Shown: positions 39,327 to 47,841 of the stretch, in pieces | Layout of the letters: every line of letters starts with the position of its first letter | Position numbering within the stretch: position 1 is the stretch's first letter | NCBI GenBank assembly: GCA_963741715.1 | Contig: CAVUJA010000003.1 | Span: 167,854-231,853 of the forward strand | Length of the DNA stretch: 64,000 nucleotides | Origin: an uncultured Acidobacteriota bacterium | GTDB lineage: Bacteria > Acidobacteriota > Vicinamibacteria > Vicinamibacterales > Fen-181 | Reading direction: 5' to 3' | Position numbers and translations under genes: made by a program | The notes under the pieces: model-generated | The model's input: the letters and a program-made list of their open reading frames with translations, nothing else | Database searches by the model: none | Told to the model about the DNA's origin: nothing

Positions 39327-40480
39327 CACCGCCCGTCCGCCCTGATTTCCGCGGTGATCTTGAAGAAGCCGGTCACCATGGCCGCGCCAACCGCCCAGAT
39401 GCCCACGGTGATCGCCGCCTCGCGCCACGTGGGCGCGTAATCGGAGACGCGCCCGAGCGGCGAGGGCACGAATCCGCCGACCACCAGGCCAAGCCCCTTG
39501 TCGATCCAGAGCGAGACGAACAGGCAGGCGCAGGCGGCGGCGAGCGTGGCGTGACGCCGGCGCGTGCCGGGCACGAGCAGCAGGGCGAGCGACACGATGG
39601 CCAGCGCCGACGACAGCCACATCCAGGGCGCGAGGCCCGCCCCTCCGTCGAGGCCCGCGTAGAGATATCGGAAGTGCGCCTCGGGGTCGGGCACCTGGCT
39701 GTAGAAGACGGTGAACACCTCGAGCAGCACGAAGAACACGTGCACGGCCATCGCGTACGCGACGACCACCGCGATGGTCCGAATCGCCTGGTCCGGGACC
39801 CGCAGCTGCCACCAGCGGCGCGCGGCCAGGCACACGAGGACGAGGAGCGCGGGGCCCGCGGCGAAGGCCGAGGCGAGAAACCGCGGCGCGAGGAGGGCCG
39901 TCAGCCAGAACGACCGCCCGGGCAGCCCGTTGTAGAGGAATGCCGTCACCGTGTGGATGGCGATCGCCCAGGGGATGGAGATCACGATCACGGGCGTCAG
40001 CCAGCGCGGCGGCGCCACACCGTTGCGCTCGGCATCGAGGGCGATCCGCGTGATGACGACGTTCAGCGCCAGGTAGCCGCCGAGCGCCACCAGGTCCCAG
40101 AACATCATCGACCGCGGCGACGGGTACAGCATCACGTTCAGCACGCGCGAGGGCCGGCCCAGGTCGACGAGGATGAAGGCCATGCACATGACCACCGCGG
40201 ACACCGCGAGGAACTCGCCGAGGATCGTCACGCGGCCGAACACCTGGTGATCGTGGAGGTAGTAGGGCAGGACGACCACCACCGCGGAGGCCGCCACGCC
40301 GACGAAGAAGGTGAATTGGGCGATGTAGAGGCCCCAGGTGATGTCGCGGCTCATGCCCGTCACGCCGAGCCCGGTGCGGAGCTGCTCCGCGTAGGCCCAG
40401 GCGCCGAGGCACACGAGCGCCGCGAGGGCCGCCATCCAGGCCCAGTAGCCGCGCGAGCCGTGCAGTGCCTTTTCGAACAT
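39326..40480 (-). CDS. dsrP: DsrP (NrfD/PsrC family membrane subunit)
   Basis: MFEKALHGSRGYWAW, GMSRDITWGLYIAQFTFFVGVAA, SIPWAIAIHTVTAF, RFLASAF. Confidence 0.93.
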   Translation of the reverse strand: MFEKALHGSRGYWAWMAALAALVCLGAWAYAEQLRTGLGVTGMSRDITWGLYIAQFTFFVGVAASAVVVVLPYYLHDHQVFGRVTILGEFLAVSAVVMCMAFILVDLGRPSRVLNVMLYPSPRSMMFWDLVALGGYLALNVVITRIALDAERNGVAPPRWLTPVIVISIPWAIAIHTVTAFLYNGLPGRSFWLTALLAPRFLASAFAAGPALLVLVCLAARRWWQLRVPDQAIRTIAVVVAYAMAVHVFFVLLEVFTVFYSQVPDPEAHFRYLYAGLDGGAGLAPWMWLSSALAIVSLALLLVPGTRRRHATLAAACACLFVSLWIDKGLGLVVGGFVPSPLGRVSDYAPTWREAAITVGIWAVGAAMVTGFFKITAEIRADGR

Positions 40481-40499
40481 GTCGGTCAGCCTGCGGACC

Positions 40500-41249
40500 T
40501 CAGCGGATCAGATGAAGTAGGTACACCTGCGGCCTCGTCCCCAGTTCCGCCTTCCGCCGGATTGAGTACCGCTCCTTCAGTGCGGCCGCGATCCCGGACG
40601 AGGGATCGCGCAGATCGCCGAACAGCATCGCCTTCGCCGGGCACGACTCGACACAAGCCGGCAGACGCCCGGCCGCCAGGCGCTCCTCGCACAGGTTGCA
40701 CTTCTCGACCACGCCGCGGGCGCGCGTCGGGTAGTCGGACGTCGGCCGCGCGAGGTACGGCCGCGGATCCACCCAGTTGAAGCTCCGCGAGCCGTACGGG
40801 CACGCGGCCACGCAGTACCGGCAGCCGATGCACCGGTGTTCGTCCATCGCCACGACGCCGTTGTCCCGCTTCCACGTGGCCTGCGTCGGGCAGACGCGGA
40901 CGCACGGGGGATTGTCGCAGTGGTTGCAGAAGACGACCACGGGCCCTGCTCGATACGGCTCGGCAACCGCGTCCGGCTCTTCGACCGCGAATGCCCGCTC
41001 GAACGGCTCCTTCCAGATCCACTTCACCTCGTGGGCGGCGTCGGGAATGCTCGGCACGTTGTGCGCCGAGTGGCAGGCGTCGATGCAGGCGCGGCAGCCC
41101 TCGTGCTCCAGGCAGCGGCGGACGTCGATGGCGATCGCGACCCGGCTGCGCGACGACGCTGCGGGGCGGCATCCCAGGGCGGCGCCGGCCGCGGCCGCGG
41201 CGGCCGCACCGCCGGCCATCCGAAGGAACGAGCGGCGCGAGCCGCTCAT
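40500..41249 (-). CDS. dsrO: DsrO periplasmic 4Fe-4S protein
   Basis: Tat motif SRRSFL; CRACIDACH..HNVP, CNHCDNPPCVRVCP, CIGCRYCVAACP, EKCNLC. Confidence 0.93.
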   Translation of the reverse strand: MSGSRRSFLRMAGGAAAAAAAGAALGCRPAASSRSRVAIAIDVRRCLEHEGCRACIDACHSAHNVPSIPDAAHEVKWIWKEPFERAFAVEEPDAVAEPYRAGPVVVFCNHCDNPPCVRVCPTQATWKRDNGVVAMDEHRCIGCRYCVAACPYGSRSFNWVDPRPYLARPTSDYPTRARGVVEKCNLCEERLAAGRLPACVESCPAKAMLFGDLRDPSSGIAAALKERYSIRRKAELGTRPQVYLLHLIR

Positions 41250-41267
41250 CGCGCGCCCCCGGTCTGC

Positions 41268-41494
41268 AGGTCCAGCGAGGCTGGCCTCGGACCGTCGAGC
41301 ATGTCCGGGCGCGCCTCGCTAGACCTAGAAACGCTGTTGGCTGGCCCCGCGAAGCGCGGGGCTCTAGATGCCTTGAGGGGCCCGGATAGCAGCGCGAAAA
41401 CTTGACTCATTCGCAAGGATTCCAGCCCCTCAAGGCATCTAGCGAGGCGGGCCTCGGACCGCCAAGCATGTCCGGCGACGCCGGCCGCCTCGCC
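41268..41494. repeat. Composite palindromic (REP/MITE-like) element between and overlapping dsrJ and dsrO
   Basis: Two direct copies of an approximately 55-nt hairpin unit (agcgaggc..gcctcggaccg..agcatgtccgg..gcctcg) flank a perfect 18-bp IR, ctagatgccttgaggggc (41364-41381) / gcccctcaaggcatctag (41425-41442), plus the hairpin gccccgcg-aag-cgcggggc. Confidence 0.8.
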
Positions 41495-41922
41495 GAGCCC
41501 GAATCGCGCGGCACGCCCGCCGGCTGCCCGCTGCCGGCTGCCGGCTCGCCGCTGCCGTCCAGGTGACAGTCCCAGCACGTCGGCCTCACGTCTGCGTAGT
41601 CGTGGCAGCGGTCGCAGAACTTCCTCTTGTCGGTGTGGCACTGGCGAAGGCAGGTGCCGGTCAGGCTCATGCGAAAGGTCCGCCCGTCGGCGGCGGTGTA
41701 GGTTCGCACCCCGTTCCGCACGACCGCCTCGCGCCACTGCCCGAGCAGCACCATGTGTGACGCGCGCATGTAGTCGGTCGGCGCGACGCACCGCGTCGCC
41801 TGCGCCGGCCGGGCGAGATCGGGCGGCACCGGCGGCGCCGAGGCGAGCGTCCGCCACGCGGGCCAGGTGAACGCGCCCAGGCAGAGCGCGAGGCCGCCGA
41901 GGATCAGGGTGCGGCTACGCAT
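41407..41922 (-). CDS. dsrJ: DsrJ triheme cytochrome c
   Basis: N-terminal TM; RCVAPTDYMRASHM; CLRQCH, CDRCH, CWDCH. The C-terminal tail is repeat-derived. Confidence 0.9.
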   Translation of the reverse strand: MRSRTLILGGLALCLGAFTWPAWRTLASAPPVPPDLARPAQATRCVAPTDYMRASHMVLLGQWREAVVRNGVRTYTAADGRTFRMSLTGTCLRQCHTDKRKFCDRCHDYADVRPTCWDCHLDGSGEPAAGSGQPAGVPRDSGSARRPASPDMLGGPRPASLDALRGWNPCE

Positions 41923-43529
41923 CCGCGCCTCCCCCGGGCAGCGGTTCGCCGCGCAGGTCGGTCGTGCGCGGCTTCTCGCCTTTCATGACCAGCGCGTTCC
42001 CGAGCAGTTCGTGCACGCCCGCCACCTCGACGCCGGGCACCCAGAACTCCAGGAGCGGCGGCAGCGTGGCCTTGTCCACCGCGCAGATGCAGGCGAGGCA
42101 GTTCGTGCCGTGGCGCTGGCGGACGTCGTTCACCGCCATCGCACGCGGCCGCCCGCCGCGCATCCGCATCTCGAAGTTCTCGTCGGCGCCGAGTCCGGCG
42201 CCGCTGCCGCAGCAGAGCGTCCGCTCGCGGATCGTGTCCTCGGCCATCTCGTGGAAGTGGTTGAGGACGCCGCGCAGGATGATGCGCGGCTCCTCGTACA
42301 GCCCCATCCCGCGCGCCGGGTTGCAGGAATCGTGGAACGTCACGTTCCAGCGGTCGTTGCGCGCCTTGTCGAGCGCCAGCTTCCCGTGCGCGATCAGGTC
42401 GGCGCTGAACTCGCAGACGTGGACCATCTTCGTCGAGGCCGCGTGGTCGAACCGCGTCCCGGTCACGGGCGACACCGGCACCTCGAGGAACTCGGCGGGG
42501 CCGTTCATCGTCCCCATGTACTGGTGCACCACGCGCCACATGTGGCCGCACTCGCCGCCGAGAATCCACTTCACGCCGAGCCGTTTCGCCTCCGCATAGA
42601 TCTTGGCGTTGAGCCGCTTGGCGAGTTCGTGCGACGAGAACAGGCCGAAGTTCCCGCCCTCCGACGCGTAGGCGCTGAACGTGTAGTCGATGCCCGCCTC
42701 GTGCAGCACCATCAGGTAGCCGAGCAGCGTGAAGTAGTGCGGCGAGCCGAAGTAGTCGGCGGAGGGCACCACCAGCAGCACCTCGGCGCCCTTGCGGTTG
42801 ATCGGGATCTCCACCCTGACGCCGGTCAGCTCCTCGCAGGTCGGCGGCGGCGAATTCCAGGCTGTCCCTGAACGCGTGCGGCTGGATGCCGAGGTGGTTG
42901 CCGACCCGGTCGCAGTTCGCGGCCGGCTCGACGATCCACTGAATGTTGCAGCCGACCAGGTTCAGCAGTTCGCGGGCGACCATCGTGATCTCGGCGGTGT
43001 CGATCCCGTAGGGGCAGAAGACCGAGCACCGGCGGCACTCCGTGCACTGGTGGAAGTAGTAGAACCACTCCTTCAGCACGTCCTCGGTCAGGTCGCGCGC
43101 GCCTGCGAGCGGGCCGAACGCCCGCCCGGCCGCGGTGAAATAGCGGCGGTAGACGGACCGGAGCAGCTCGGCGCGAAGGACCGGAGTGTTCTTCGGGTCG
43201 CCCGAGCCCAGGTAGAAATGGCATTTGTCGGCGCACGCGCCGCATCGCACGCAGATGTCCATGAACAGGCGGAACGACCGGTAGCGATCGAGCCGGTCCT
43301 TCATCCCGTCGAGGACGATCTGCTTCCAGTTGGACGGCAGCTTCCAGTCGATGTCGGCCGGCCTCCAATCGCGCGGGTTCGGGAGGCCGAGAGCCTCGGC
43401 GTGCCGGCGCGGCGCGGAGTGGCTGTAAGTCCCCTTGCGGAACTCGACGCGCGGATCCTGCCACCCGCGTCGTGGAGGGGTGTCGTCCACGTGCGCCAGC
43501 TGCGCCGGATCCGGCTTCTGCTGCGCCAT
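41915..43529 (-). CDS. dsrK: DsrK (HdrD-like, CCG domain), apparent +1 frameshift at about 42836
   Basis: CVRCGACADKC, CTECRRCSVFCPYGIDT in one frame; EGGNFG, GECGHMWR, FHDSCNPAR, CCGSGAG, CICAVDKA in the next. A single-base deletion in CTG-C-GAG joins them. Confidence 0.9.
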
Positions 43530-44510
43530 CTATCCGCCCGAGCCCCGAGGCCAGAGCCCCGAGCCGCGAGGCTCGAGCCCCGGGCCTTCGACTGGCAGGC
43601 GCGCGACGTCGAGCTTGTCGCGGAACTCCTGCTCCCACTCGCCGTACGTGTGATAGGGGGCAGGCCGGTTCCACGGGTTGACGTAGCGCCGCCTGCGCGT
43701 GTCGTTCGGCTGGTTCCGCGTGGGACTGAGCCACACGCCGGCCGCGTGCATCATCTTGGTGAACGGCATGATGGCGAGCAGGAAGGACACCGAGAGGAGG
43801 TGGACGACGAACCACGGCCCCGCATCGGGCATCACCGGCCAGGCCGCGGCCCCGACCGGGAACGCGGCCAGGCCCAGGCTGTAGGTTCGCAGCGCCACCA
43901 GGTCGGTCCTCCCCACGTATCGCATCCCGATCCCGGAGCCCACGACCACGAGCAGCGTCCCCAGCGCCAGGTAGTCCGCGGGCAGCGACAGGTACCGCAG
44001 CAGCGGGTCGCGAAGCCGGCGGAGGAGCAGGTAGAGCAGCGCCACGCTCACCACCACGTCGCTCGCGTACCAGACCGGCAGGCCGGCCTCGAAGAACCCG
44101 TCGGCCGCCGCGGCAACGCTCGCGAGCGCCGGCACGGGGTCGACGAACAGCCGCAGGTGACGCACCACGATGACGAGCAGCGACCAGTGGAAGGCGAGGG
44201 CGCCCAACCACAGGCCCTTGCGTTCGAAGAACACCGGGGGCGGGCACAACGCCGTGGAATCGCTTCGGCCGGGGGCCGAGTTCCGGAACAACGAGCGGAA
44301 CAGGAGCACCTCGAGGAGCATCCTGCCGACGACGCCGGCGTGGGTGGCTGGGCTCTCGATCCGCGAGTGGCGGATCCCGGCCACGCTCCTCTGCTGTCCG
44401 CTCGTGGTCGGGATCCGGAACGGCTCGGGCGTGCGGGCCCATCGCGCGACCCGCCACGCCAGGCCACAGAGGAAGATCGCGGCGCCGAGGTAGAGCGGAC
44501 CTGTCAGCAC
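43530..44510 (-). CDS. dsrM: DsrM (NarI-like membrane cytochrome b)
   Basis: PFRIPTTSGQQRS, RMLLEVLLFRSLFRN, WLGALAFHWS, FVVHL, PFTKMMHAAGVWLSPTRN. Start GTG is approximate. Confidence 0.92.
   Translation of the reverse strand: MLTGPLYLGAAIFLCGLAWRVARWARTPEPFRIPTTSGQQRSVAGIRHSRIESPATHAGVVGRMLLEVLLFRSLFRNSAPGRSDSTALCPPPVFFERKGLWLGALAFHWSLLVIVVRHLRLFVDPVPALASVAAAADGFFEAGLPVWYASDVVVSVALLYLLLRRLRDPLLRYLSLPADYLALGTLLVVVGSGIGMRYVGRTDLVALRTYSLGLAAFPVGAAAWPVMPDAGPWFVVHLLSVSFLLAIMPFTKMMHAAGVWLSPTRNQPNDTRRRRYVNPWNRPAPYHTYGEWEQEFRDKLDVARLPVEGPGLEPRGSGLWPRGSGG
43538..43586. repeat. Heptamer array (CCGAGCC family, 7 units) inside the dsrM 3' end
   Basis: ccgagcc ccgaggc cagagcc ccgagcc gcgaggc tcgagcc ccgggcc; encodes GPGLEPRGSGLWPRGS. 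Confidence 0.8.
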
Positions 44511-44543
44511 GGCGGGGTCCTCTGGGCTGGGCCCGTGTCAACG

Positions 44544-44708
44544 CAGAATGAAGAATGCAGAATGCAGAACTCTTCGTCATGCGAGCCCGTCGCGGCGCAC
44601 GCGTGCTGGCGTTCTTCATTCGTCATTCTTCATGCTCCATTGACGGCGAACGCAGAGGACCGTCGCGCTCCTGTCTGCCATCCTGTGTCTTCTGCCTTCT
44701 GCCTTGCC
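44544..44708. repeat. Inverted pair of CAGAATG/CATTCTT arrays around GCACGCGTGC, plus a TTCTGCC array
   Basis: cagaatg aagaatg cagaatg cagaact ... gcacgcgtgc (44597-44606) ... cgttctt cattcgt cattctt catgctc; then ttctgcc ttctgcc next to the dsrC stop. Confidence 0.85.
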
Positions 44709-45026
44709 CTACACGCACCCTGTCGGCTTCGGGAGGCCCGCAACCTTGCACGCGCCCTTGGCCGGACCCGACGGGAACATCTCGTATATCTCGTTCAACT
44801 TGAACCCGGTCTCCTTGCACACCTTCCTGATCATCGGCGCGATGCCGAATTCCAGGTAATAGGTGCGCAGGTAGTTCACCAGCTTCCAGTGGCCCTCGGA
44901 GAGCTGCGCCACGCCTTCGGTGGAGGCGAGGTCGACGGCCACCTGTTCGTTCCAGACCGCGGGGTCCTCGAGGAAGCCGTCCTCGTCCACCGCGTAGGCA
45001 TGTCCGTTCAATTCGATCGTCGGCAC
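44709..45026 (-). CDS. dsrC: DsrC sulfur carrier
   Basis: VDEDGFL; C-terminal GPAKGACKVAGLPKPTGCV with both conserved Cys (CX10C), so DsrC rather than TusE. GAGGAG RBS. Confidence 0.95.
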   Translation of the reverse strand: MPTIELNGHAYAVDEDGFLEDPAVWNEQVAVDLASTEGVAQLSEGHWKLVNYLRTYYLEFGIAPMIRKVCKETGFKLNEIYEMFPSGPAKGACKVAGLPKPTGCV

Positions 45027-45043
45027 GTCGTGCTCCTCCTCAA

Positions 45044-45080
45044 TCCCTCTTCCCTCTTCCCTGTTTCAGTTTCAGTCCTG
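45044..45080. repeat. Short TCCCTCT/TTCAGT periodic tract
   Basis: tccctct tccctct tccctgt ttcagt ttcagt at the dsrD stop. Confidence 0.5.
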
Positions 45081-45323
45081 CCCCTTCAGCTCCGGCTGTG
45101 GCAGCTCGATGTAGCTGCCGCCGAAATACGTGTAGATGCAGCGGCCCGAATCGATCAGCTCGCGGATGGCCTCCTTGCAGGCGCCCTTGCCGCAGCGGTT
45201 CGCGCCGAAGCGCTCGATCATCGCCTTGCTGACGTCGTTCGGCTTCAGCTTGCGCACGCCCTGCGCCTCGCTGATCATCCTGAACATCGCGTCGGCGAGT
45301 TCGGTCACCGTCACCGGTTCCAT
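45072..45323 (-). CDS. dsrD: DsrD (DsrAB allosteric activator), divergent type
   Basis: 83 aa winged-helix-like MEPVTVTELADAMF...KLKPND...CKEAIRELIDSGRCIYTYFGGSYIELP; GGAG RBS; immediately downstream of dsrB. Confidence 0.75.
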   Translation of the reverse strand: MEPVTVTELADAMFRMISEAQGVRKLKPNDVSKAMIERFGANRCGKGACKEAIRELIDSGRCIYTYFGGSYIELPQPELKGQD

Positions 45324-45347
45324 CACTGTTCTCCATGTGGCTCGAGA

Positions 45348-45427
45348 CCGGCGGCCTGCAACGGGCGGCCTCGTCACGCGTGACGCCGGCCAGGCCGCAA
45401 GCCGCAAGTCGGCAGCCGCAAGCCGTC
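45348..45427. repeat. Inverted pair of CTTGCGG-family arrays around the 14-bp palindrome CGTCACGCGTGACG
   Basis: ccggcgg cctgcaa cgggcgg ... cgtcacgcgtgacg (45372-45385) ... ccgcaag ccgcaag tcggcag ccgcaag. Confidence 0.75.
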
Positions 45428-46510
45428 CTACCCCTTGAGGTGCGTCGACCGCTTGAACGTCGTTTCCGCGTGGCGGAAGTCGTCGATGTGCTGCTTGGTG
45501 AACTCGATGCCGGTCAGCCGGAAGAAACGCGGCCAGCCGATCCGCTCGATCCACTCGCCCATCCGCTCGTAGGGCCTCGCGTTGGCCGCCCACACGTCCA
45601 CCAGCTTCCGCACCGCCGCCACCACCTCGGGCCAGCGGGGCGGGTTGTTCGGCAGGAAGGGGATGGCGAGCTTCGAGAACGCCGGCTCGGAGCGCGCGTT
45701 GCTCACCTTGCCGCCGACCCAGATGGACACGCCGTCGTTCAGCGGGTCGTTGAGCGGCATCGCCGGGCAGACGGTGTAGCAGTTGCCGCAGAACATGCAG
45801 AGCTCCTCGGCCACCTCCACCGTTTCCCTGCCTTCCCTGCGCACGGGCTTGATGGCCGCCGTCGGGCACGACGCCACGACCGTCGGCAGCTCGCACACCT
45901 TCGGCAGCCGGTCGTGCGCGATCTTCGGCGGGCGCCGGTGGACGCCGAGAATCGCGATGTCGGAGCAGTGGACGGCGCCGCACATGTTCACGCAGCAGGC
46001 GAGGGCCACGCGCAGCTTGCCGGGCAGGTCCCTCGACGTGAAGTGGCCGATCAGCTCGTCCATCAGCGCCTTGACGATGCCCGAGGCGTCGGTCGCGGCG
46101 GAGTGGCAGTGAATCCACCCTTGCGTGTGCACGATGTTCGAGAGCGCGTTGCCGACGCCGCCGACGGGGAAGCCGGCGGCCGCGAGGTCCGCGATGAGCG
46201 GGTCGATCTTCGCCGGATCCGTCAGCAGGAACTCGATGTTGTGGCGGCTCGTGAAACGCAGGTAGCCGTCGCAGTAGGTGTCGGCGAGGTCGCAGATCTC
46301 GCGGATCGTCTGCACGCTGAGCAGCCGCGGCGACCCGGCCCTCACGGTGTAGAGGCGATCGCCGGACTCGCCCACGTGGACGAGCACGCCGGGGCGCGGG
46401 ATCTCGTGGTACTTCCACTTCCCATAGTTCGCCTTGACGATCGGCGGCAGGAACTGTTCGTAGTGCGGCGGACCGATATCCGTCTTGCGCCTCGCGGTGG
46501 TGTCGCTCAT
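45428..46510 (-). CDS. dsrB: Dissimilatory sulfite reductase beta subunit
   Basis: [63 protein letters not shown]. Confidence 0.97.
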   Translation of the reverse strand: MSDTTARRKTDIGPPHYEQFLPPIVKANYGKWKYHEIPRPGVLVHVGESGDRLYTVRAGSPRLLSVQTIREICDLADTYCDGYLRFTSRHNIEFLLTDPAKIDPLIADLAAAGFPVGGVGNALSNIVHTQGWIHCHSAATDASGIVKALMDELIGHFTSRDLPGKLRVALACCVNMCGAVHCSDIAILGVHRRPPKIAHDRLPKVCELPTVVASCPTAAIKPVRREGRETVEVAEELCMFCGNCYTVCPAMPLNDPLNDGVSIWVGGKVSNARSEPAFSKLAIPFLPNNPPRWPEVVAAVRKLVDVWAANARPYERMGEWIERIGWPRFFRLTGIEFTKQHIDDFRHAETTFKRSTHLKG

Positions 46511-46516
46511 ATTCGG

Positions 46517-46572
46517 CTCTCGGCGTGCGGCCTGCGGCTTGCGGCTCGACTCTCGACTGTCGACTCCCGACG
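46517..46572. repeat. Heptamer array switching family mid-array, between dsrA and dsrB
   Basis: ctctcgg cgtgcgg cctgcgg cttgcgg ctcgact ctcgact gtcgact cccgacg, in unbroken 7-nt phase. Confidence 0.85.
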
Positions 46573-46579
46573 CGGGCCG

Positions 46580-47764
46580 CTATCCCTTGGGCTCTTCCTC
46601 GTAGTACTCCTCGTAGAAGACGTACGGGTTCTCGCGTGGATGCTTCACCATCTCGGGCTTCGGGTCGAGGCCGATCGCCTCGAGGAAGTTCCCCAGGCCG
46701 ACGCGCTGGATGAACTCGCCGACCCGCTCGCGGTTCTTGCCCTCGTCCGCCCACAGCTCGAGGATCTTCGCGACGAGCTCCTTCAGCTCGGCGTAGGGCG
46801 GCTCCATCTTCATGAAAGGCACGAGCACCGCCGACAGCATCGCGCCCGACACGATGGGCGCCTTGCCGCCGATCAGGATGCAGGCGCCCCGCTCCCTGCC
46901 GGGCCGGAGCGCCTTGGGCATCACGTTGATGCAGTGCATGCACTTCGCGCAGGCGCCGCTGTCGACGGCCAGCGTCCTCCCGTCCCAGTCCATGCACTTC
47001 GACGGGCACCGCTCGCAGACGGCGGCCTGCACGTCCAGGCCGCCGGCCGCGTACTCGGCCACCGCCGCCTGGTCCACCTGGATCGCATCGCGCCAGATGC
47101 CGATCACGCTCAGGTCGGCGCGCGCAATGGACGCGACGCAGTCGTTCGGGCAGCCCGACGCCTTGATCTTGAACTTGTACGGAAGCGACGGCCGGTGGAT
47201 CTCGTCCTGGTAGTGCTGCGTCACGTCGTAGGTGAAGTCGAGCGTGTCGAAGCACGCCCACTCGCAGCGGGCCGGCCCGACGCAGCAGCTCGGCGTGCGC
47301 ACGACGGATCCCGACCCGCCGAGGTCGAAGCCGTTCTCGGTCAGCTCGGCGAACGCCGGCTCCAGTGACTCGGTCTTCGTCCCGAGCAGGATGATGTCGC
47401 CCGTCGCGCCGTGCAGGTTCGTCAGCCCCGACCCGTGCTTCTCCCACAGGTCGCAGATCTTGCGCAGCGCGTCGGTCGTGTAGAACCACCCGGCCGGGTG
47501 ATTCACGCGCATCGTGTGGAACTGCGCGATCTCCGGGAACTGCTCGGGCACGTCCGAGTAGCGGCCGATGACGCCGGCGCCGTAGCCGCGAACGCCGACC
47601 ACGCCGCCGTGCTTCCAATGACCGACGCGGTCTTCGTACGAGAGTTCGAGGACGCCGAGCAGTTGGCCCGCCATGGCATTCCCCTCGGCGGCCCGCTTCA
47701 TCTCGCGCACGAAGCTCGGCCACGGCCCCTGTTCGAGATCGTCCAGCTTGGGTGTTGGCTTCAT
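46580..47764 (-). CDS. dsrA: Dissimilatory sulfite reductase alpha subunit
   Basis: [41 protein letters not shown], siroheme motif CVGPARC...GCPNDC, CMHCIN.MPKAL, HPRENPY. Confidence 0.97.
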   Translation of the reverse strand: MKPTPKLDDLEQGPWPSFVREMKRAAEGNAMAGQLLGVLELSYEDRVGHWKHGGVVGVRGYGAGVIGRYSDVPEQFPEIAQFHTMRVNHPAGWFYTTDALRKICDLWEKHGSGLTNLHGATGDIILLGTKTESLEPAFAELTENGFDLGGSGSVVRTPSCCVGPARCEWACFDTLDFTYDVTQHYQDEIHRPSLPYKFKIKASGCPNDCVASIARADLSVIGIWRDAIQVDQAAVAEYAAGGLDVQAAVCERCPSKCMDWDGRTLAVDSGACAKCMHCINVMPKALRPGRERGACILIGGKAPIVSGAMLSAVLVPFMKMEPPYAELKELVAKILELWADEGKNRERVGEFIQRVGLGNFLEAIGLDPKPEMVKHPRENPYVFYEEYYEEEPKG

Positions 47765-47840
47765 CCCTGATCCCCGATTCCCGATCCCTGATCCCTGATC
47801 GATCCCCAACTGAATCCCGAATCCTGAATCCCGAATCCTG
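47763..47840. repeat. Heptamer arrays (ATCCCTG and AATCCCG/AATCCTG) filling the dsrL-dsrA spacer
   Basis: atccctg atccccg attcccg atccctg atccctg ... aatcccg aatcctg aatcccg aatcctg. Same family as the arms of the 11368-11884 cassette; abuts the dsrA ATG. Confidence 0.88.
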
Positions 47841-47841
47841 C

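Noticed and set aside
41915-43529. dsrK (and ftcD etc.) as pseudogenes or programmed frameshifts
   Set aside because: Single +1 events without further decay or slippery heptamers; the shared motif context points to sequencing error.
44511-44708. Hidden dsrT or small ORFs (44555-44803, 44623-44820) between dsrC and dsrM
   Set aside because: Too short for DsrT; the translations are just heptamer-repeat peptides.
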